Positions 1-12,000 of a DNA stretch of 64,000 nt are shown here, one piece after another; positions within the stretch are counted from its first letter, which is position 1, and each line of letters opens with the position of its first letter. The position numbers and the translations under genes were made by a program. The notes beneath the pieces were generated by a model. It did not search any database. It was not told the origin of the DNA and saw only the letters and a program-made list of their open reading frames with translations. The stretch comes from Balanoglossus misakiensis (lineage: Eukaryota; Animalia; Hemichordata), in assembly GCA_040954595.2 (NCBI GenBank), contig CM082576.2, positions 10,481,129-10,545,128 of the forward strand. The letters are read 5' to 3'.

Positions 1-66
1 CTACTTACTTCCAAAGAAGCCACAACAGTGAGAAAAGTTATCAGGGTCTATCAAGATTGGATCCAG
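1..66 (+). CDS. RALGAPA1: RalGAP-alpha window exon 1 (5'-truncated)
   Basis: [22 protein letters not shown]; donor CAG|GTAATT. Confidence 0.9.
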
Positions 67-3000
67 GTAATTATCTTGTCTCGGGTTCTGCTTTTATCAT
101 GTCAAGGTCAAGGTAACAGGATTCTGAATGTATCATTTGTGAAAAAGGAAATATTGCTACATGTACCTCGTACGCTCGTAAATGTTTCAGAATGCATGAT
201 CAGATATGGAATTTGAACCAAATTTTAGGATGTTTTTTCATGACCTCTTTTGGGGTAGAAACATATCCATGTATGAATTAGTTGCTGACTTGTCAGTGCT
301 CATTTTTTTTCCAGCAAGATGAAAAGCCAGTGTTCATGTTTGAGCCGAGCGACATGGTTTTGTCGGCGTCGTTTGAAATGTCGACTGACAGCCCCGACTC
401 GCCGCGTTACATGGATGAAAGCGCGGAACTGGGCGGGCAGCTGCGGAGCATAGGGAATCAGGTGAGTGCATCATGTGACTTGGTCACATGACTAGCGTGA
501 TCTTATACCACTGTTGTTGTCTGTCCTTTTATGTGATTTATTGTGATGGGTTTGGGGCATTCTGTAATGTGGCCAACATTGGTACTGACATAGAGTTTGA
601 AGTCCCATAAAACATACAGAAAAGAAATTGGAATTTATACGATGAGGTTTCTTCAGGCATGTGGAATGTCTGGGGTCATTTTCATCGTGTGCTGCGATTT
701 ACAAACAGTTACCGGTAACTGTGAAATATGCTCGACCTGAAGATTTTTTATAGTTCCACTCACCTTGGTTGAGACTAAAAAAATGACGGAAGAAATACAT
801 TATAGCCAGACAATGATAAGATAACCATTAGCACATTGGATTCCACAGACGGAGATGGGGCCGGGAGCCACGGCAGCCAACACAACGAGTCCACACATTC
901 CGGGGGTGCCCTACAAGAGATTTTCGCAAAACTATACTTACCTTGGTGCAATAAACCACACAGTGGAAGAGGCCGCGGAGCAGTGCAATGTCAGGGCGGG
1001 TCAGCAGGCCACCTTGCAGGTCTTCATTACAAATTCTGCCAACGTATTACTACTTGAGCCAGTCAACTTCACCGCAAAAGTACTTGACGATCAGGTGGGT
1101 TTCCATGCTCTCGTAATCAGCGGCCGTGTAGTTTGTGCACAGCAACGATGTACAGTTATGACTTTACGTGATATAAGCTTTGCCAGATTTGTATGCAGTA
1201 ACAGTTTGTATGATAGGAACGTAACATTTTCAGCAAAATTTCATATGGAACTTTTTGCACCATAATTTCATAAATACATACAATGGAACTATATAGTGAA
1301 GGAATGGTATGTTGCCAGCTCACGACTGCTGACTCGACAAAATTCAATGAAGAGAGGTTTTTTGGGTGTCTTGTATTACAACAAACCACATAGTTCTCCA
1401 GTGTCTATCATGTTACTTTATAGTTTCTCCCCAAAATCATGAATATTTTATGTGGTGTTCCTACAGGTTGATATGTGCAAGAGAGTTTTACACATTTACA
1501 GGCATATGGTGATGAATGTTCATATGTCGCAGAGAACTTGGTGAGTTCATTACTGGGAACACCAACATCAACTAAAGAATATTACAATACTCAAAAAAAG
1601 CCAATTTTCAACTATTGTACTTTTGCTTCGATGGTTAGATTAGGATGTAGGGATAACTAAACCTTGACTGCCACAAAATTTTAATTTCTGTGGTTATTTC
1701 AATTCCCTGAAGAGTTTCCCCCTAAAATAGTGTCCTTTTGATTACATTTGTCCAAGATTACATGCTTCACCTAGTATTCGGAAACTTACAAAAGAAAGGC
1801 ACCATCTGCAATTTCACTATTTTTCAAATCTGTTCTCTTTTTTGTTTCCGTCTTCCTCGACTGCAGGGAACAATTGCTGATGGTGCTACTACGGATTACA
1901 CACGCCATACTTAAAAAGCCACCTGACAAAGGCAACAGAAAGTCCCTCAATAAGGAACTAGCAGCTGTTCTGTTCCAGGTAAACATTGAATTCAGTGATG
2001 CCAACAGCTCTATTTATACTGGAAAACTTTCTTCTGATTTTGTCTCGTGTGTGTGTGTTGTTGTCAACTCTTTTATATGAAATGGTGGGAAGTATACGAC
2101 TTGGCTTTGACAGTCACTGGGTCAAGTTCACAGGCCCACCTAGATTAAATCTGCTGACTCGTTCAACATTGTTCTCAGAGAGTAATGGGAGCAAAGCAAA
2201 AGGGTCAGTACAACTTGCTTCACATGTTTTTGGAGTGTCAAATTAAAAAGAAACATGTGTACATAAGTATCACCTTTGTAGTAAAAACAGTTATTCTAAT
2301 TTTATAACAGACACTGATAGTGACCTGGATCAAGGCCAATCTCAATGTTTTTATTTCTACTGATCTGTGGGATGAGCTACTTAGAGTCTTGTCATCTTTA
2401 ACTCACTGGGAAGAACTTATTAAAGAATGGGCGGTGAGTATATCTGCTTCGACCCCTTTTCACTCTAGTTCAGATAGGGTTTTTGTCAAGAGGAAATTCA
2501 CTAAAGATTTTAAACGATTATAAAAGTAGTGAATAGGACTATCAAATTTCTGGAAATTTGTTGATCAAGAGGTGCGTTCTACCTTAAAATAAGCCCACTT
2601 TTGTGATTGTGAGATTGTCTGATTTTCACATTCTTCCATGCTCTTTGATCAGAAAACCATGGAAACGCTGACAAGGGTGCTGGCCCGGCACGTCTACAAC
2701 CTTGACCTCGGGGACCTGCCGCTGGACAAGCTGAGCGAGCAGAAGCAGAAGAGGAGGAGGGGCCGGCATCAGCCCCCCAAGAAAGCGGGAGGCCACCACG
2801 AGCGGTCCTTCTCCAAGGGCTGGAGTCGGACGGACTCGCTGTCGCCCAACGCCCAGGAGGAGTTCGAGAGGCTGCGGCAGAGCATGACAGGCATGGCACA
2901 CGCGCTGGGGAGTCGCGGGGAGGGGGAGGGTTTCAGGCAAAGGAGTGCAACCACCGTCGGGTCGGGGGTTACGGTGGCCGATGGGAGCCGCGGTGCCTCG

Positions 3001-6000
3001 TCCGCTGTGGCCAGACAGAGGCACAAGTCCACAGGTAGGTGTGTGGACAAGGAACCGAGGAAGCAAAACGTGTTCGTATTTCGGCTATTTTCACAGTGCT
3101 TGTACCCTGCATATGAATGTGCAGTAGTTGCATATTTTAGTTTGTACCCTGCCACAAATGCATGATGTGCTGTACGTGTATGCACATTGCATCTGCCGGC
3201 TGTTAATCCCGTATGTGCATGTGTGTGTGTTCGTGAAGAACCAAGCCAGACAGACAGACACATTTTTACCTACACTCACTTGCCCACGAACAATCCAACA
3301 AATATTCCTATAAAGTGTACTTCTGAATGTTTTAATACCATCTCAAATCTCAATAATCCTGTTCTCACATTAACATGAACATGCTGACATCCATTAAAAT
3401 CTAGTGGGAAATTGACTGGTTTTTCCACAGGCTGTATCTTATCATATATTTATGCCGTGAGACTTTACCATGTCCTAACATATCACAACTAATATAACGT
3501 CTAACGAGCATCGTTCGCCCATCAGCCATTGCTGTAATGAGAACATTTTCAATCCAGCCTGAGTGCTTTGCTGCCATTTTGATCGTTTCAAACAAGTTTA
3601 AATGCTAAGTGTTCATTTTTTGCCAGCAACCATCATCATGCAACAGTTGTCATGGAACCGATTTTGCCATGGAAACAATTGGAAAAAAAATTCCTTGGCA
3701 AAAACTGAGCATATCAACAAGTTAGGGTACAAGTAAACTTAAAATGCAGAGACGCGATGATGTTGCTAATTGGTTTAATTAAATCTGCTTGTAACCACAC
3801 ACTAACAATCTTTTTGATAAGAGGGGTATATCTTGTATTTTGTCAATACATGTAAGTGTCATCTTCCCTGCCGGTGGTACTCCTTTTTCTGATGTCTCTT
3901 CCTCTCCCCAGAGCTTCCAGCAGTCACATTTTTTTAGCGGTGTAACATTCCTTGCATTTTTCGTAAACGGCTTGTAACACTTGTTAACAGTGTCGTATGT
4001 GTATGTTGTACACAAGGAGGATGGTGAGTTTGAACTGTGGACTGTGACGGGTTGACCGTTTGATTTTGGTTTGAAAGTTTGCAGCCCCACTTGTTAGATT
4101 CTCTTCCCAAAAATCTTCCCAAAAATCAAATTGTCAACCCCATCAGTGGGACTTTCTTTCTACTGAAAAACAGTTGCGTTTTTGTGAACACTTTTAGTTG
4201 TTGCCTCAGAACACTATGCACTCTGACCTGTGACCTATGACTTCATGTAGATGTTTTCTTGAAGCAGGGTGCAAAGTCTTAAAGAGTAACTTTTTGAATA
4301 ACAAGCAAGTTGTTTACATACAGACTTAAGTACATTTCAGTCCTGGGCTTTTATCAACAAATTCCTGAAAATAAATCATTATGTTCTTACTGATGCTGAT
4401 GCCTATTCTAAAAACCAACCAACCTCATTTTTTGCGTACAGGGGAAGCGCCATTTCCAGTGTTAGGTGAAGGCCCTTTGAGGAGACAGTTTCTACGGCAA
4501 CAGTCTCTGAGTTGCACGGAGCCGGAAATCAGCGACGAAGACGAGGAGTCCAAGTCGCCGTTGACGAAGAGCAGCAGCACGGGGGACCTTCGAGAAGATC
4601 CAATAGGATTCCGATTGAAAGGTGAGAGGTCATGAATTCTGGGGAATGAAACAACTGTGTTGGTATTTTTTGGCTGTCACAGTTGTCATTTTTGTGCCGA
4701 TTTCCCTCAAAGTTGTAGGAATAACACCAAATGGCATTCTAGGTAACCCTATAACAGGGTTGTTATCTCTAAAAACAGAGCAAATGCTTTCAAAAATACC
4801 CTTTTCCTTGCATTATTTTCCAATCTCAGGTGAAAGCTTCAGCAGTGAGTTGAGTAATGTGACCACGTCCAGTGGTGTGACTGGATCGACTGCGGCCACA
4901 GATTCAATCAGCATTGGAGATGTTGTCAATGGTGAGTCAAAAATAAGTTTGTGGACCAGTGAAGATACAGTATGTAGTATGTACATGTATGTAGAATGCA
5001 TTTCAAAATGTGAGCAAACCAACTTCATCATTGAAAAGGCCATACTCTAATTTTTCCTCTACAGTGCCAGTGTTCCCCCAAATCACCGACGACCAGGACC
5101 TGGCCAGTCTGGCAACGCTGGGCGACACAGTCAGTCTGGACAGCACCAACCAGGGAGACTTCAACAGGGACCACAGCGGAGAGCAGAGCTCCTCCAGCAT
5201 GTTCGAGATCGGAAGGGTGTCGCCGCCGCTGGAGGTCAGCAGCAGCAGGGAAGGGGAGGACGAGTCCAGGTCGTCGTCGAGGTCCCCCTCGCCGGCCATG
5301 TTTATGACCATGCAGCACAAGGACTCGCCGACCCAGGAGAGCTTGCAGTTGGAGACTGTGGTGTCTGCTGATGAGATAGGTAAGCGATATGTGTCAGATA
5401 GAAACTTGATTAATAAGGCACCGTCTTAATAATAAGAATATGCTAATGGAGTGGACAAAATCATACAGGAGTCTTGTGACTGTACAGTTTCTTGATGGAT
5501 TGACCCTTTCACCACCATGGTTTGATCCAAACCCATTGTTTTCTGTGGTAAGGATGGACCTCTAAAAAGAGAACTGAGTGAAATGGTTCATGAAACCATG
5601 TAATGAGTTATTGTAATTGAATATGTGAGGTGCACTTTTCACTCTAGGCTACAACTTTCATAAGTCCAAACTTTACAAATTCATATTTTGTGTGTATGAT
5701 TATGACCTTGTATTTGTTCGTTTAACTCTCACTCCGTAGACAACGACGCAACAGCCGGTGCGTATTTCAACGGCACTGACACGCTGCAACCCACCACGGC
5801 CGAGATGAACTGCCACGTCATTCTGGGCGGAGTGCGCCAGGGCTGGTTGCCTGATGTTGCCGTGGTGCTGTGGAAACGGATGCTGGGTATCCTTGGCAAC
5901 GTCAACAAGATCAAAGACCCTACCATCCACGCCGAAGTGTTTGAATATCTGTGGGATTTGTGGGTGGTCTTCAGCAAAGTATGTGTGTTTCTGTGAATTT

Positions 6001-9000
6001 TTTTCAACTCGAAATGGACATGTTTGAACGTCAATGTCACTGAAGTTAAACTAATAGTTAACATAATCAAGTTGGAGCACTTATTAGTTTGGTCCAGCTT
6101 TAGGGAAGGCCAGTCTTGCCTCCTGTCAGATAACATCTAAAACTGGAAAAGGTTCTTTCTTGTTTAATACGTGCTGTGTTCTTGCTTTGCCAGATACGAG
6201 ACAATCTGGGCATATCGGTCGATAATCTTAGCACACCACCGCCGCCCAGACTGGTGCCGCCGCACATGTTGTTTTCTCCGTGGCTGTTCAAGGTCAGTGT
6301 GAATTTCCTTTCTGCTCTGTACGGTTGAACAGTGACACTTACACACCTGTCATTATACACCTGTGCTTTTTTACATTGAACATTGAGAAATTAGTGTTAG
6401 TTAAATGTCAACATCAGGACATGGCAAATGAGTTTTTCATACACGATTTAAAAAAAAAAAACTTGGTTAATAATACTGGAGTACTATAAATTCCCATGCC
6501 CCATCTCTCTGCAGGCTGTGTCACTTTCCAAAGATTACCAAAGGGGCCGTCTCTTGGCCTACAGGTTGTTATGTGCAATGACGGTGAGGCGACACGACGA
6601 GGCGTTGCCTATGGACCATTTGGTGCAGTTTTACAGGATACTTCACCACGGATTGGTTGGCACAGATCAGGTGAGGTCTTTTCTTGGATATCAGGTCATG
6701 TAAGGAAAGGTGTTGGCCAGTGTCACATTAAGATTCCTCTCAGTGTAGTCTGTATGCATGAGTGAGTCATGGGTAGTGTGCAGGTAATCATTGGGCTTTT
6801 ACTTGAAGCCAATTTAACCTTTCCCCTGGAATGAAGAAGTCAAGTGTGAATTTAATCGACTAGACCTGGGTTGCGTTCTGTATGCATGAAACTGGCAAGA
6901 AATTTGATGGCACTGATGTATCGTGCATCTAGCTGACACGTCGGTTTTGTTTCTTCCAGGAGGTGATCAACACCATTGTGCGACACACATCACCCATGTT
7001 CTTTTCATGTTCGTTGCCAAGCAGCACGATGCTGGTACTGGACTACATCCAGGCCACAAACATGATAGTCTCCAGCTCTGAACTTGATGTGAGTTGTGCA
7101 TCTGCTGCTCATTTCGGTTTTTGGGATACACACATACAATGTACACATGTAAATTGTGCTCAGCAGGGAATAGGGTTGTCGTTTGTGTAATAAAAAAATT
7201 TGATGAATCTAATTTCTAGTGATAGAGACAAGTTAGAGACCTTGTTCAGTGTACAGCTGGTATACAAAAATAAGATGTCTTTTACCATTTTCAGTATTGC
7301 TTGAAAGAAATCGTAAGGAAAAATATCACACAGTACAGTAGTAAACAATCATTTACAGTAAAATCAAGTACTCACTCAGCCTAGGAGCTTGTTCATTTCA
7401 AGATTATTTCCTCCATGCAAGGGTTGTTGATGGCGTAATTTTAACAGAGCATAACAGACTGGCATGTTGAGATCTGTGCATCTGAAAGTTAGTGTTTTTT
7501 CTTTCATTTCTCTTCAGGCTCCCCGCGTCGAAGCCATATCCATCCTTGGTTCCCTCATCTGTTTTCCCAACATGTACTGCAACCTGCAAGCCCTGCAGCC
7601 CAATTCCTCGGACATCAGTACGATGTCCTGTCGAGACTTGAAGGTGAGCAAGGACCCTGCAATGTACAGAGACACACACAACAGACCTTTACAGAGTGAT
7701 GCATATTTTTAGCTCCCATTTGGTAGATGTGTGTACATGTATGTAACTACACACGTATGTCTGTCGATCCACTTCAAAAAATCTTGTGAACCGCTGCACA
7801 TTTCACCTTGCTGTTTTGTCATAAAAGTTTGGGAGCTATACAATTATGATGCTGTCATGCAATGTCATTGTATTACATGATTCTCACCAAAGTAGTCACC
7901 CAAAGGAACCTATCTCAAGCATGTGTGTCTTCATTTCTCCCCCAACAGGATCACATCATCAGCATCCTACTGAAGGCCGGACGGAAGGAGCCCCACTTTG
8001 AAGCACGCTGCGTGGCACTCAGCTCCCTGGGGATTTTCGTCTACGAGGAAGTGATGCAAGGGACGTACCACAGCAAACTGAAGGAAGCCATCAATGTGTT
8101 GCTGGCAACAATAAAGGTAGACAAAAAAAAGAAGATCCTTGCTTCTGACTTTGAATATTTTAGACGCCAGTGTTAGATGATGCAGTGGGAACAGATACAT
8201 GTCCAACAGTACTGCTTACTGCCCAATGACAATATTCAGGCTTGTGTCCTCTGAGTGTAGAGAAAGAACAGCGGGTATGGTAATTCACAAGTCTTTCAGG
8301 GTACCAACAGAGGTATCAACTGAATGCAGACAGATTGGGCGTTGAAGAATTTAATTGTGACAGTGGCAGCTTATAAGGGAAACCTGTCACACCTTAGAAG
8401 AATTGATTTGTCAGCTGTGATGTCACATAAATGAGATGTGTATCATCTTCATATTTTGGATATCGCTTGTGACTGTACACAGATATTGTCACCAGCAGTC
8501 GGGTGTATAGTAGTCATAGTGATTCTGTTCAGCTGTTCAGATTTCAGACCCCCCCAGTGCATACTTCAATGTAATATAATCAGAAAAGATGACTGACATC
8601 TGGCAAAATAAATTCCAAAAATCACATAAATTAAAGTGAGATGAAGATGCCACCCCATTATCATGTCAGAATATTATTATTATTATTTGTATCCCTTTTT
8701 TTGTTTTCTGTATATATTACTTTTCTATGTTGTTGTGATGTGTTTATTTTCTCTCTTTATTTGTGTGATTGATTTTTTAGATAAAAAGTCATTTTCCACT
8801 CAAAACTGCCATTCTTTTTTCTTTGCTTCTATTTTATTATTTCACCCTGACTAAAAGCTGCAAAACATTGCTGTCTTTTATCATTTTTAAATCCCCCCTG
8901 CTGAAAAGGAGTCATCTTGCTACTCACTGTATATTGTCAGTCATAATACATTTCGTCTATTGCTTGGTCATATGGGATATTATAACCTCAAGTTTCCTCT

Positions 9001-12000
9001 ATTTTTTTGTTTAAAAAAAATCACTCTGGGATCGTCAATTCTAAATCAGGAAAACATAGGCATAAACATAACCGTCTGGGTCATCTGTGATTCTACGATA
9101 AACATTTTTTAAACATAATTTCTTGAACTTTGAACCATATAACAAGTTGCATGTGCGCTACCACAAAAAATCATAAACAAGACACAGGCTTCATTCATTT
9201 CATAACATTTCGCTCATTCCGAAAGTTTCAAAAACTATTCCTCTAACCCCTATCTTACTCAAGTAATGGAATAAACCAATACTTCATACGATTGAGGTGG
9301 ACTATTCCATTTACTTTAGTTTGGTGAGTGGGACGACTCGATGATAATGTGGATCAAAAAATAATAATGAAAAAAAAGTAAAAAGGGAGAGTTTTATGTT
9401 TGTGTTTTCTTTTCTTCTCAGGGGATAAAATATATTGAAGACAACATTCAAAGTGGGACAGTTCAGAGAAAGTCTGTGTCAAACGTGAGAACACACTTTC
9501 AGCACGGAAAATTTATCCTAATGTGGTGGTCTCTGTAAAAAATGTACCTTTTAATCTAAAGTATTAAACCTGGTGGTGCTTAAAAGTAACAGGCAAACAA
9601 TGGACCAACTACTAACACTGGGGAAACATTCCATAGTGTAAAAAATAAATACAACAAAAATACCGCGATGTGACAGTAAAGCATTGCCGTAAATTTTAAG
9701 CAAGTAATTATTTGCTCTGCGTTTAATATTAAACGTTATTGAGAACAGATGGGGTCAAAGGTCATGTGAGCAAACCCCCATTGTCACAAGGCCCTTGGTT
9801 GGAGTACATGACATCATGAACTGTTGTGGGTCTCCATTTAGACGAGATGGAGCGTGGGGGAAAAAAGCTGGTGGTGTTATTTAGAACAGGTAGTTAATCA
9901 GTGAATGTTCACTCAATCCCTCTGAAGCTCTGCAGCCAGAGATACCCAGGTGCACAAGGAAATTGCAAATAAGACAACTTAAGCCAGATCGAGGCTATTA
10001 TGTAGAAATTCAGACAGCCACTATAGAAATGTTGTGTACATGCTATGCCATGTTGTTTGCTCCAGCTTTGGGGAGAGCGCCCTCTACTGGTTCTTGCAAA
10101 CTAATTTGGACTTGGGTGACAAAGCTTATTAATAAGAGTCTATTAAACTGAACAGGTGGCATGTATTCTATAGCACCTTCTGTTTCAAGGGAGCAGAATA
10201 TCAGTGAGTCTGTAGAACACTACAATATTATGAGTGTCTAATAATAGGTGCAGAGTGTCATTTGCAGTTGCTCTGCAAAGATGGCTAAAACTTGCTGGCT
10301 TTAAAGTTTTAGATTTCTGTTCGCCAAGGCACTTTCAGTCTCTCTTCTGCACTTACCTTGTCACAGTCTGTACATAGCAGCCGCTGAATTGAAATCACAA
10401 AGCCAGTTGGCCAAGGAAAAACCCAAATTCACGGGACAAGTTAATAGGAAAATAAGGTGGCTTTGACAGAAAGTTCACATAGTGTTGATTTGACCCTGTC
10501 TGCCCTCAATAATCATGTAAAAAATTATCCTTTTAAAATGACTTTAGTGGATAACCTGTTTTTCACTTGCTTTCTTTGTGTTGTAGTTTCCGAATAAAGC
10601 CGTGGCACAGGTGGCTTCGGACATGTTGTTATTGCTGTGTTACCAGGCCAACAAGATCCGCCATAATCAGCCCGAAATGCCCAAGAAGATAATTGAGGTA
10701 AGTTGGAGGGGGTGAAGTCAGGGTAGGGAGGAGGAGGGTATGGAAGATTAGAAAGAGATATGGAGATTGACACACAGATAGATAGTGTGTGTGCATGCAT
10801 GTTCAGATGGATGCATGCATGCATGCAAGTGAACAAGTTGGAGAAATGTAGCAGGCATATGCCCAAACTGATAATCCAATTTGATGAACCGGTAATTAAT
10901 CTTTTTCCATCTGGAAAAACAATAGAAGTGGTATAGTCATACATTGTACTTACACTTTCAGTGGTGCACCGTGCATGGTGTTAGGGTGAATGTCTGAATC
11001 TTGTCTTTGTTGTTTCCCCAGGTGATAGCTCTGACAATCCTGAGTCTCTTGCCGGCCACAGAAGCGTCTCACAATGAGGATGATAAAAAGGTAAGCTCTT
11101 CTAGACTTGTAAATCAGTGCAGTTAGATGTTGTGATTATAATAAATCCCTAGTGTATGTATCTGACACCAGCAGCCATGTTGATCTTTTTCCTTGTATTG
11201 CGCCACCAGTGGTCAGATTTGATATCTGTTGATGCTTTTGTTTGTTTGGAGTATGGAAGAGCAAGCCACATAGTCATTCTTTGGAATGTTTATCTAAATA
11301 CTGTAAAACGCTTTATTTTCGCGAGCAATAAATTGTCGCGAAATACGCAAGAGCCAAAATAGCGTGAAAATAAAAAGTCGCATAATTTTTTTTCAAGATA
11401 ACGATGCAGTGAATGAAATAAGAGATCGCGAAAATTAATACTCGCGAAACAGTGGCCTCTCTCGATATCGCGAAAATTTGAACTCGCGAAAATAAAGTAT
11501 TTTACAGTAATCAGCTGACAGAGAAGCCATCTTTTGTCTTATGAAAAAGAATGCACTCACACAAGAAATGATATTAAAAACCGTGATATCACTGTCAGCA
11601 AATCTGACCATTTTGTTGTTTTTGTTTGTTTCTTGACCATAGCTGATGGTATCACTGCTGTTCTGTATGATGGAATGGTGTATGGCCCTTCCCATCAGTG
11701 TGTTGAAGGAACCCGTGGAAAACAGGACGGTGATCGAGAAAGGGAACAAGCCCCTTCTTGCAACGGTATTCAGGGTGAGAGTTTGCAGAATTTTTTTCTG
11801 ATCAATGCATGTAACTTGCAGGGCTGTATATTAACTTTTCTAACCGCTTGTCCACAGGTCAAGTTGAAAACAAGTGTCACTTGTTTGTTCCCACTTGATA
11901 TTTTATCTGACCCAGCGACAAATACGAAGCGTGTTCCAAAACGGTCGTCTGCTGAGCAAAGTCCCGCCTGCTCACTCATGTACCCATCATCTACTACAGT

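Noticed and set aside
2579-3263. Long minus-strand ORFs overlapping exon 7 (likewise 5003-5320 and 54788-55297)
   Set aside because: Antisense shadows of GC-rich coding exons.
3912-3940. Strong pyrimidine-tract acceptor at 3911
   Set aside because: In-frame stop within 9 codons and no matching donor nearby.
5888-5895. GTATCCTT inside exon 11
   Set aside because: These are the codons for conserved G-I-L; the exon continues in frame to a normal U2 donor and no U12 branch site follows.
9264-9323. Possible exon with CTAAC branch point and GTGAGT donor in intron 16
   Set aside because: It starts with TAA in the required phase 0 and is open only in an incompatible phase. It could only be a poison exon, and there is no further support.
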